Shown here piece after piece: positions 1 through 9,428 of a stretch of DNA of 64,000 bases. This DNA is from Eledone cirrhosa (lineage: Eukaryota): assembly GCA_964016885.1 (NCBI GenBank), contig OZ024743.1:294004001-294068000 (forward strand), written 5' to 3'. The position numbers and the translations under genes were made by a program. Positions within the stretch are counted from its first letter, which is position 1; each line of letters starts with the position of its first letter. The notes under the pieces were generated by a model that did not search any database, was not told where the DNA came from, and saw only the letters and a program-made list of their open reading frames with translations.

Positions 1-547
1 CACGTAAATGGTATAACTGAAGTCGTAGGCTAAAATTCTAACTAGGAAACCAAATGTTAAGAATAAAGTAAATAAAATACAGAGGTAATTGAAATTAAAT
101 AAATACATACACGCATCCATATACGTACATACACAAGCATACAAATACAAGCACGTAAAAAAAAAAAAAAAAAAAAAAAAACCCGCACGCACATACAGAA
201 CCCACGCAACGCCTGTACCCGCAAGCATACGAATGTATACACCAAATACACATAAAAATATATATTAAAAAAAAAATATATATATATATATATGTGTGTG
301 TGTGCGTGTATACATATAATTAAATAAACGTATATAAATAAATAAATACGTATATAACAAGCGCACACACATACCTACATGTAAATACACATATGTTCGG
401 AGACGCACGTCAACCAAAACACAAAGTACACATATACACACACCCTACATACGTACGAACCCGCATACTCTATGGTTCTTATATATTTGATATATATTTA
501 TCCTTATCGAGCCCTCTTTGGATTTTAGTCTTCAAATTTATTATTAT

Positions 548-586
<39 letters not shown>

Positions 587-632
587 ATGAGAGAGAGAGA
601 GAGTGAGAGAGAGAGGGAGAGAGTGAGAGAGA

Positions 633-694
<62 letters not shown>

Positions 695-1318
695 GAAAAA
701 TAAAGATAGGTATTTATTAGTTTATCTGTTTGTTTACTAGTAACCTCACCATGCCCTGTTTGTGTGTATTATCCCAGAAACATATATTTATATGAATTAA
801 CTATATTTTACACAAATTACTTTAAACGGTGCTGATAATCTTCTTCATTTGAGAATGTTGATTACTCAGTATTGTTACTTCCAAACAATTTCTAAGTCAA
901 GAGATATACGTAAAATATACAAAATATATACATAAAAATATAATTTGAATCTAACATTTTATTTTTATCTTCTGGAAAATGGTATTTATTTTGTAAAACA
1001 CTGTACTCATTTACCTAGTTGCTCGAAATCAATTAGCTTTTTAATCAGTAAACTTTTCCAGTGATTTGTACGCATAAAATGATCTTTGTAAGTACAAAAT
1101 GATTTTTCGTTAGGCTTTTTCTCCCAGGAGCTAAAAAGTAATCAAGAAAACATCCATTAGTTTATGACCTTCTTTAAAAATTAAGTTTACTTGCATATAA
1201 CCAGGCCCAAATTTCGCACACACACAGAGCATGACATGCATGTGTATATAAGCGCCGAAACATCTATGATCTGCGGTTTACAGCTGATGAAGGATTTCTT
1301 CTCCTTTTTCGTCTATAT

Positions 1319-1581
<263 letters not shown>

Positions 1582-2289
1582 TGTGTGTGTGTGTGTGTGC
1601 ATGTGTGTGTGTGCGCGTGTGTGTATTCCCGTTTAGTTTTTCGGAAATTGCTAGAAGAAATGTGTGAATAAATCACCTAGTCGTCAATAATGCATATAAT
1701 ATTTGATATGAAACAGGAGACATACATTTTAATAGATAGTTTGTGCTCCTGGACATTTGATAGTTATGAAATGTTGTTCGAGAACATGGTTTTCAAAAGA
1801 CGACCTCATGGACAGAATTGTTCACTAAATTTATGTTTATCGAACGACAAAGATACCTGACTAGTTCTTAGGTCAAAACGCTTTGGTGTCAATAAACCAA
1901 CTAACCTAGTATAATCTAGTATAATCAACACATGCCGTAAACTGGCATGAACGAACTAATATATAAGGCGAATTGGCACATTGTTTTTTAATCGTCATAT
2001 TAAATGGCTTGAGACTTGTTTCTGCCATCTGTACTCTACATTTAAGTCCAGCCTTCTGTCACTGACGAAAAAATGACACACTTCTAAGAAATTGCAAACG
2101 GCATATAGTGCCAGAATAGAACAGATCAACGGAAATACACCTTACTTAGTCTAAATGAGGTTTTATCCACCAATGCATCGATTTATTACCATCACCACTA
2201 TATTTAATTTATGTTTGTTTCACTATATTTATTTATTCACCTTTATTTCGTTTTCTATTCATTATTCTTGGTGGATTGGCAGTTTCAGT

Positions 2290-2462
2290 AGGGGGTCGGA
2301 CGCCATGCTTTGTAGCATAGAGTTACGCCCCTTTACGGTCTGAGATCAAATCCCGCCGAGGTTAAATTTGCCTTTCATCTTTACGGGGTCGATAAGGTAA
2401 AGTAGCAATAATGCACTGGAATACTTGCTGGCCTTGTGCCAAAAGTAAACAATTATTATTAT
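2290..2462 (+). mobile_element. Degenerate SINE remnant (also +20400, +40215)
   Basis: Core AAATCCCGCCGAGG..TTTGCCTTTCATCTTTACGGGGTCGATAA..GCTGGCCTTGTGCCAAAA and a (TTA)n tail; resembles octopus SINEs as I recall them; a diverged paralogue follows at 2540-2770. Confidence 0.65.
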
Positions 2463-2539
2463 CTTTTTCGTGCATTTATACGTATACTTCCTACATTTTC
2501 TTTTAACCTTACTATTTTAAAATTATTTATTTACTTGAG

Positions 2540-2770
2540 AAGGGTAGTGGATTTGTAGTATCGGTAAAACTTCGAATGACATATTATGCGTGGCATATAG
2601 TTACATCCCTTTACGTTCCGAGTTAAAATTCCGCCGAGGTAAGCTTCGTCTTGCATCCTTAGAGTGTAGATAAAATATAAGACCTGTAACGCAATGAGGT
2701 CGATTTAATCGACTTTCTCCTCTCCCAAATGTGTTGGCTCTGTGCCTAAACTAGAAACCATTATTTATTT
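2540..2770 (+). mobile_element. Second degenerate SINE remnant of the same family
   Basis: CCCTTTACGTTCCGAGTTAAAATTCCGCCGAGG..GATAAAATA..GGTCGAT..GGCTCTGTGCCTAAACTAGAAACCATTATT parallels 2290-2462. Confidence 0.6.
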
Positions 2771-2998
2771 CATTCAGACTGAATAATATTTCTCTGCTTC
2801 ACACAATTGCTCACATTTCTTACTTTATTTCAGACTCTCTCGATATATTTCCATTGCTAACCGATTTACTACTTTATATATATTTTCGCACTCATTAATT
2901 AGTGTGTGACTTTATTTGTTTATAAATATAAATATATATATAAATATTACAAGTTCGCCAAAATGCAAACACACATTTATATATTCCGAGTATATTAG

Positions 2999-3062
<64 letters not shown>

Positions 3063-3407
3063 TAATCTAGCTGTCGTCTGTTCTACAGTGTGAATGTCAT
3101 TCACTTCGCACAGAAGTTTTGTTCAAATTTATTGAGGAAATTTTGTGAGTTCAAACTTAATTTTGATACAATTGTGTAGCTTGACCCTCCGTCTGAACTG
3201 TCAGGCGGTGGGTCAGCTCATCTTTACCCCTCCTAGAGGTGAAAAACCTGTTTTAAAAAATTTTGTGTAAAAAATTTCAATCGTCTAACAGAAATGTTAA
3301 ACGCAGCGAACGAAAATAGTGGTGGGGGGACAGCGGTAAGAGTTGTAAGCTCGCACGCTTTAGTCCTCCCTTCCTTCCCAACTAACGTCATAGAGAAGTA
3401 AGGAAAA

Positions 3408-5198
3408 ATGAAAATAAAAACGGACGAATCTGCGGAGAAAAAATTAAATGACGAAAACATAAATCTGGACTTGGATTCCAACAACGAAAAAAAAAAATTT
3501 GAAAAATTGCATGACAATACTAATAACACAAACAAAGACACAACAAACAAAAAAATAACAGTTGAAAATAACATCATATCAGAAAACAAAGCAGACGACA
3601 AGATTTCATTTGCACAGAAAACAAAGAAATCTTTGACTTATATAGCGGAAAACATTTCAGATGTGGTACGAAGGATCACGGACGCAAAACAATACATAAG
3701 TGAAGGTGAGAATGGTATTTTATTGGTAAAAATGCCTCAAGAATTCACGAAAGACATTGAAAGCCGAACGGTCAAGTTTCGGACCATCAACAACAGTACA
3801 AAAAAACCTGAACAGCCTTCTCAAGCAGATATCAAAACAGTACTCACAGAAGTACTGAATGAAACAACTTTCATAAGAAAAGACAGACTGTATGGAAGCC
3901 TAGCAATTATCATGAAGAACGAATCGGCGGCAAAAAAATGTGCTTTGTCACCGATTCGTTCGAAAAATTTCACCTTTTATCCATCTTATATGGGAAAAAA
4001 AACTCAACGCATATGGCTGGATGCAATGATGCCAGATGTGGACTACTGCTGGCTCATAGTTGGCTTCATCGATCCAGTGAATGACAACGTGATTTCCATT
4101 GGGAAAACCACAGGCAATGCGTTCAGTGGAACAGGTATAGAGCTGGTAGTACAAATGAAGCCTGAACGCATCGCCCAAATACCCGACAGAATCCTATTAG
4201 AGGACCACGGGTATATAAACATTAGCGTGGAGGGGAGAAGGCCGTCCTGCCATATCTGTGCAGGCAGAGGGCACCTGAAGGCCGCTTGTCCCCAACTCAA
4301 CAAAAAGAAAACCCTGCTACCAACACCAGCTCCACCACCACCACCACCACAACAGATAAACAAACAACAAAACTCAGTCCCACCCAACCCGTCCCTCAGT
4401 AACACCACAACACCACCACAACACAAACAGTCACAACACATTACCCCAAAACAAAATACAGGCCCACCCAACCTCTCACTCAATAAAACAACACAACCAC
4501 CGCAGACACAACACACAACACAGTCTAACATAGTGACATCCATCTCCCCCACAAAGAAAACCAACACGGAAACATTACCAGCAAACATACCTCTTCCCTC
4601 CAACACTGAAGATAACCCAACGAATTCGGAGGAAGAAACGGAGTGCTTCAGACAGATTAAAAGGAAAAAAAGAAAACATGTGCAAAACACACAAGGACAA
4701 ACAACCCCCACCCAAATCGCAACACAATCCAACAAAACAGAAAACACCCCTCCAGCAACAAACAAAACCAAACCTGCCCCTCCCCTCTTCGAAACACTCA
4801 CACCATCGGAAAAAAAGACATTACACTATACTTACATCAACAGAAACAATAATAAATTAAATGAACTCATATACAATAATCCTTCGGTACAAACCGAAGG
4901 TGTAAACTTTGTTTCGTCAGAAAACCACCCACATTTAAAACTAATAAAAATCCCAATGAACCTCTACCAAAAACTAAAAAAGGATTTTAAGGAGGACGTA
5001 GGACCACCCTCCGTCAAACCCATAAACCGCGTCCTACTAAAAAGCTTTCCCCCTCCCCTTCCCCTCCCCAACACAACTCCAAACACCCCAACCCCACCAC
5101 ACACTGACGACCCCACACCACCACAAGACACCCCTTCACCCAACACCCCCGACCCCATGGAAGTCGTGCAACCCGAACCCCGGGAAGCGGAAAGGTAG
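3408..5198 (+). CDS. LINE ORF1 gag-like nucleic-acid-binding protein (596 aa)
   Basis: Open frame directly upstream of ORF2; CCHC knuckle CHICAGRGHLKAAC; P/T/Q/N-rich low-complexity C-terminal half; basic KRKKRK patch. Confidence 0.88.
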   Translation: MKIKTDESAEKKLNDENINLDLDSNNEKKKFEKLHDNTNNTNKDTTNKKITVENNIISENKADDKISFAQKTKKSLTYIAENISDVVRRITDAKQYISEGENGILLVKMPQEFTKDIESRTVKFRTINNSTKKPEQPSQADIKTVLTEVLNETTFIRKDRLYGSLAIIMKNESAAKKCALSPIRSKNFTFYPSYMGKKTQRIWLDAMMPDVDYCWLIVGFIDPVNDNVISIGKTTGNAFSGTGIELVVQMKPERIAQIPDRILLEDHGYINISVEGRRPSCHICAGRGHLKAACPQLNKKKTLLPTPAPPPPPPQQINKQQNSVPPNPSLSNTTTPPQHKQSQHITPKQNTGPPNLSLNKTTQPPQTQHTTQSNIVTSISPTKKTNTETLPANIPLPSNTEDNPTNSEEETECFRQIKRKKRKHVQNTQGQTTPTQIATQSNKTENTPPATNKTKPAPPLFETLTPSEKKTLHYTYINRNNNKLNELIYNNPSVQTEGVNFVSSENHPHLKLIKIPMNLYQKLKKDFKEDVGPPSVKPINRVLLKSFPPPLPLPNTTPNTPTPPHTDDPTPPQDTPSPNTPDPMEVVQPEPREAER

Positions 5199-5231
5199 GT
5201 CTCTACACTCTCCTTTGGCTCTGCCGCCCAC

Positions 5232-8200
5232 ATGGATGTGTTAAGAGTAGGATGTTTGAATGCACGTGGCCTGGGCTCAACTTGGAAGCAAGCAAAGCTT
5301 CTAAATGACCTCAGGTCATGTAGTATAAATGTAATGGTTATCTGTGAGACTCGAATCAGCGTCATGCGGCAGCTGGCCCCCACCTTCGATGACTTTGAGG
5401 TGCATGCATCTCTCTGTCAACCTGGATGTGGGGGTGGGGTTGTCGTGCTGCTGCAAAAACACCTGGGTCTTGCCGTACAGGTTGTGCACTCGGACCCGGA
5501 GGGTCGTTTGTTGGAGCTAGACGTTGGCAGTAGTGAAAGTGCGGCCTTGAGACTGGTCGCCGTCTACTCCCCTTTCGGAGCTGAACGGCCCGACTTCTTC
5601 CAGCGTTTGGAGACTTTTCTGGGAACGTCGCGTTCCCTGCTTCTAGCGGGGGATTGGAATGACATCCTGGATGCACGTTGGGACTATGCAGGAGCATGTC
5701 CTAATAGAGGGGGGTGTAACAGCCTCAAGGGGTTACTCGACCGTTTTAACTTGGTCGATAGATATCGACTAGATTTTCCAACTGTGCCTACCTGGACTTG
5801 GAGAAACCACAGTGGTCAATCTAGATCGTACTTAGATAGATTCTTAGTTAGAAGTAAGGATAGGGACATATTAAGCTGTCCAGAAATGCGCACGGTTGGC
5901 TACACGGATCACAAATTAGTGACCTGCGTGGTCAATCTCGAGAAAACACATAGACAGGGTCCCGGTTACTGGAAACTTAATTTGTCTTTACCGGCAAAAG
6001 AGACTTACAGAAACCGGATTAGCAGATTAGTTAAGGAGAGGTTGACGGGTGCAATCGTCAACAACCGATGGTGGGCATCTCTCAAAAGAGAGATTAGAAC
6101 AGAATCAATAAGTTATAGCAAGATGTTAGCTGCCGATAGGAATAGGAACGAGAAAGAATTAACAGGTAAATTAGAAGAGGCAATCAAGAGCGAAGATGTG
6201 GCCAGAGTGCTGGCATCGAGGACGGCCTTGAACCAGTTTTTCGATGCAAAGCATGAAGGCTGCGTCATTCGAAGTAAAATACGTGCTCTAGGTAATGAGG
6301 GGGCCAAAGCCGTTGGATGGGCCCGCGTGACAGAAGCTAAGAGTGGAAATCGATCCACCATCCGGTCGTTGCAAGACGAAGATGGACGAGTGATCCGGGA
6401 GCCTAAGCAGATGTGCGAGGCCTTTCAAAAGCACTTTGCCCGATTGTTCGGGGGAGGCGAGGGTCCGGGCCGGGGCGTGGATTTCGGTCCATACCTCGAC
6501 GGCCTGCCGCGTCTCTCGAGCAAAGAGGCAGAGTCCTGCGAGGGACCAATCTCGGCTGATGAGATCGGAGATGCGCTGAGCCAATGCAGCAGACGCAAAT
6601 CTCCAGGTCTCGATGGTATACCTTACGAACTTTATTTAGCAATACCGGTCTTCTTCTCCGAACTCCTCGAAGCGGTCTACTGCAATTGGCAGCAGAACGG
6701 GAGAATTCCTTGTTCTGTAGCCAAGGGCGTAGTCACGCTGGTGAGGAAGGACGAGAACAAGGGGGATAGTATAAATAATTTTCGGCCCATAACCCTGCTA
6801 AACACAGAGTTAAAGATTTTGGCCAAGGTGTTAGCAAAGAGGTTGGCGCTTGTCGTGGGTGGCCTGGTGGGAGATGCGCAGACATGTGCTATCCCATCCA
6901 GGTCCATTCACGATAACCTCCACCTCATGCGATACATCATAGAGAGGGTTGGCAACAAACCCGGCTTCGGTGGGGCCCTGATCAACTTGGATCAGTCTAA
7001 GGCCTTCGATAGGGTCGACCATGGTTACCTGGATGCGGTGCTAGCGGCGGCTGGGTTCGGTCCTGTTTTCAGAGGCTGGATCACTGCCCTACATAGCAAC
7101 CACATCTGTTCTAGGATCAAGGTGAACGGCTACCTTTCGAAGCCGTTCGAAATCACACGATCCATTCGACAGGGGTGCCCTCTCTCCTCCCTTCTGTACG
7201 TATTGACTCTCGAGCCTTTACTGAGGAAGTTGGAGTTGTTGCAGGGTATCCCCCTGGAACAAGAATTGAGCAAAGCGGTGTCGGCCTACGCCGATGACGT
7301 AACAGTAATGGTATCAACCGACTCGGAGATCGAGGCGATCGGTACCTTACTGGAGGAGTACGAAAGGTTGTCAGGAGCGAAACTGAACCGGGAAAAATCC
7401 ATCGGGCTGCAACTCGGAACGTGGAGAGGCAAACCGATGCCTCCTGACGGTGTCGTCGGACACTGGACGGAGGGCCCGGTAAAGTTGCTTGGGGTCTGGT
7501 TTGGACCGGACCTCCAGGTGGAAAAGAACTGGAACGAGGTTACGAACAAGGTGTTTGCACTAACCCAGAAATGGGCCAAGTGTAAGCTGTCCCTAAAAGG
7601 CCGGGCGGAGGTGGCGAACATTTACATAGCGTCCGTCACTTACTACCGCCTGACTGTCGTGCCTTGCCCTAAGGAAACACTCACCACCATGGAACGCATG
7701 CTCTTCCAATTTCTTTGGAAGAAGCGTCCTCCTATGGTGAGAAGATCCATCTGCTGCCAACAACCTTCGAAAGGAGGGCTGGGGATGCCGTGGTTGATGA
7801 TGCGTAGGCACGCATTAAGGCTACGGCACCTACAGGTATTCCTCACTGGTCAACCGGTGTGGGCTCCGTTCGTGAAACGAGCCTTTCCGAGACTCGTCTC
7901 ACTCACCGAGCTACAGTCCTGGGTCAAGCAAAGATCCGGAAAACTGGGAGACTGGCACACTGAGTGTGCTCAGGCGCTCAGGGCTCTCTGGCAAGCGGGC
8001 CAGGCCATCGGTGGAGAATCCACCTCATTCTATAGAGGGCTGGTGGCTAGCAGGGGCGATGACACCCTTGGAGAGTCGCTGGACATGGAGGAAGACGAAC
8101 TGGCCAGCCTGTTCGGTAGGACTTTCGGCCCAGGACCAATGGACAACTTCCAGAAGTCACTGGCCTGGCAGTGCTACCGAGGGGCTCTACACGTTCGAGA

Positions 8201-8666
8201 GAGGCTCTACAGACACGGGCGCCCGGGCAGGGATCCCTCAAAAAAGATTTGCCCTAGATGCGTGCGTCACGAAGAAACCGTAGCGCACGCATTGGTGCAA
8301 TGTCCGGGCGTGGCTGATCTGTGGGGCTACGCCGAACAACTGCTGTCGCGGGTGGCGCCGATTAAATTGACCGCCGAGTCCGTGATGACAATCAAACCGC
8401 CTCCCCTCTTCACAAAGGAAGCAAAGGCGGTTTTTCTGTGCGTAATAGCCATGTTGAAAGAGGTTGTTTGGTGGACACGATTGAAAGGTCTGAGGTCAGG
8501 CAACTTCCTCTCTGGCCATAGTCTGGTCTACTTCTTCCGATATCACTTCGGAAGAAGGATAAGAATGGAGAGAGAGGTGCTTGGCCACAGGCAGTTTTAT
8601 GAAAGGTGGGTGATAGTGGCGAGAATGGCTCGTGTAAATGGGCCTTCTCTGTATACCATCCTGTAG
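5232..8666 (+). CDS. LINE ORF2: APE endonuclease + reverse transcriptase + C-terminal zinc finger (1144 aa)
   Basis: APE motifs LNARGL, ICETR, GDWN, SYLDRF, TDHK; Tx1-typical GPGYWKLN; RT motifs FRPITLLN, DQSKAFD, RQGCPLS, YADD; CPRC..EETVAHALVQC finger. Confidence 0.97.
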   Translation: MDVLRVGCLNARGLGSTWKQAKLLNDLRSCSINVMVICETRISVMRQLAPTFDDFEVHASLCQPGCGGGVVVLLQKHLGLAVQVVHSDPEGRLLELDVGSSESAALRLVAVYSPFGAERPDFFQRLETFLGTSRSLLLAGDWNDILDARWDYAGACPNRGGCNSLKGLLDRFNLVDRYRLDFPTVPTWTWRNHSGQSRSYLDRFLVRSKDRDILSCPEMRTVGYTDHKLVTCVVNLEKTHRQGPGYWKLNLSLPAKETYRNRISRLVKERLTGAIVNNRWWASLKREIRTESISYSKMLAADRNRNEKELTGKLEEAIKSEDVARVLASRTALNQFFDAKHEGCVIRSKIRALGNEGAKAVGWARVTEAKSGNRSTIRSLQDEDGRVIREPKQMCEAFQKHFARLFGGGEGPGRGVDFGPYLDGLPRLSSKEAESCEGPISADEIGDALSQCSRRKSPGLDGIPYELYLAIPVFFSELLEAVYCNWQQNGRIPCSVAKGVVTLVRKDENKGDSINNFRPITLLNTELKILAKVLAKRLALVVGGLVGDAQTCAIPSRSIHDNLHLMRYIIERVGNKPGFGGALINLDQSKAFDRVDHGYLDAVLAAAGFGPVFRGWITALHSNHICSRIKVNGYLSKPFEITRSIRQGCPLSSLLYVLTLEPLLRKLELLQGIPLEQELSKAVSAYADDVTVMVSTDSEIEAIGTLLEEYERLSGAKLNREKSIGLQLGTWRGKPMPPDGVVGHWTEGPVKLLGVWFGPDLQVEKNWNEVTNKVFALTQKWAKCKLSLKGRAEVANIYIASVTYYRLTVVPCPKETLTTMERMLFQFLWKKRPPMVRRSICCQQPSKGGLGMPWLMMRRHALRLRHLQVFLTGQPVWAPFVKRAFPRLVSLTELQSWVKQRSGKLGDWHTECAQALRALWQAGQAIGGESTSFYRGLVASRGDDTLGESLDMEEDELASLFGRTFGPGPMDNFQKSLAWQCYRGALHVRERLYRHGRPGRDPSKKICPRCVRHEETVAHALVQCPGVADLWGYAEQLLSRVAPIKLTAESVMTIKPPPLFTKEAKAVFLCVIAMLKEVVWWTRLKGLRSGNFLSGHSLVYFFRYHFGRRIRMEREVLGHRQFYERWVIVARMARVNGPSLYTIL

Positions 8667-8880
8667 GTAAAGAAGTAAAGGAGAGGGGAGCACCTTCTCC
8701 ATGTGCTCCCCGGGCAAAGGATTGCACACTTTTTCGGGGGTGTGTGCAACCCCCATCACGTCCCCTCCCTTTTGAGGTTATTTTCGATTATTTTCATGTT
8801 ACACCCTTTTTACTCGATTATATGTAAACTCCCCCTTTGTATTTGTCCCTTCTTTTTATGCCTTTATGGTAAATAAAGAA

Positions 8881-8917
<37 letters not shown>

Positions 8918-9081
8918 CCTACCTACCTGCCTGACTGTCTGTCAGTGTGTCTGTCTGTTTATTGCATGTCCATGTGTATCCATATAAGCTTAAACATCTT
9001 TAGCTGAGACTATATATATACATACACACACACACGCATATTTAGATGCCCCCCCCCTCAATCTATCTTATTTCTCATTTT

Positions 9082-9117
9082 TCTTCTGATGAAGGACTAG
9101 CGTCCGAAACGTTAAGA
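9082..9117 (+). ncRNA. Minimal type I hammerhead ribozyme motif, Penelope-type (also 29482-29517, 49297-49332)
   Basis: TCTT-CTGATGA-A-GGAC-TAGC-GTCC-GAAAC-GT-T-AAGA: core boxes, 4-bp stem II, 4-bp stem I, palindromic minimal stem III. Confidence 0.6.
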
Positions 9118-9209
9118 CTCTCTTCCTGCTATATCAAGCGTTAACCTAATATATCCCTTCCATATACTGTACCAATTCTGTTGTTATTTCTGTTTATCTT
9201 TTACACACA

Positions 9210-9316
<107 letters not shown>

Positions 9317-9336
9317 GTGCAAACACACACACACAC

Positions 9337-9374
<38 letters not shown>

Positions 9375-9428
9375 GTGGCTGTTTATAGTGTAGGTATATG
9401 CACATATATGCATCTTGTTATTCATGTC

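Larger units (their letters stand above)
3061..8880 (+). mobile_element. Full-length Tx1/L1-clade non-LTR retrotransposon, copy 1 (5820 bp), within (ATCT)n
   Basis: (ATCT)15 at 3001-3060 and (ATCT)9 at 8881-8916 flank 5'UTR, ORF1, ORF2 and a 3'UTR ending AATAAAGAA. Confidence 0.93.

Noticed and set aside
1253-1305. GCCGAAACATC...CTGATGAAGG as a hammerhead
   Set aside because: Boxes are in reversed order with no convincing stem I; at most a scrambled Penelope remnant
4043-4801. 252-aa antisense ORF within LINE ORF1 and other antisense ORFs within ORF2
   Set aside because: Expected from the A/C-rich, T-poor sense strand giving few antisense stops; no recognisable motifs
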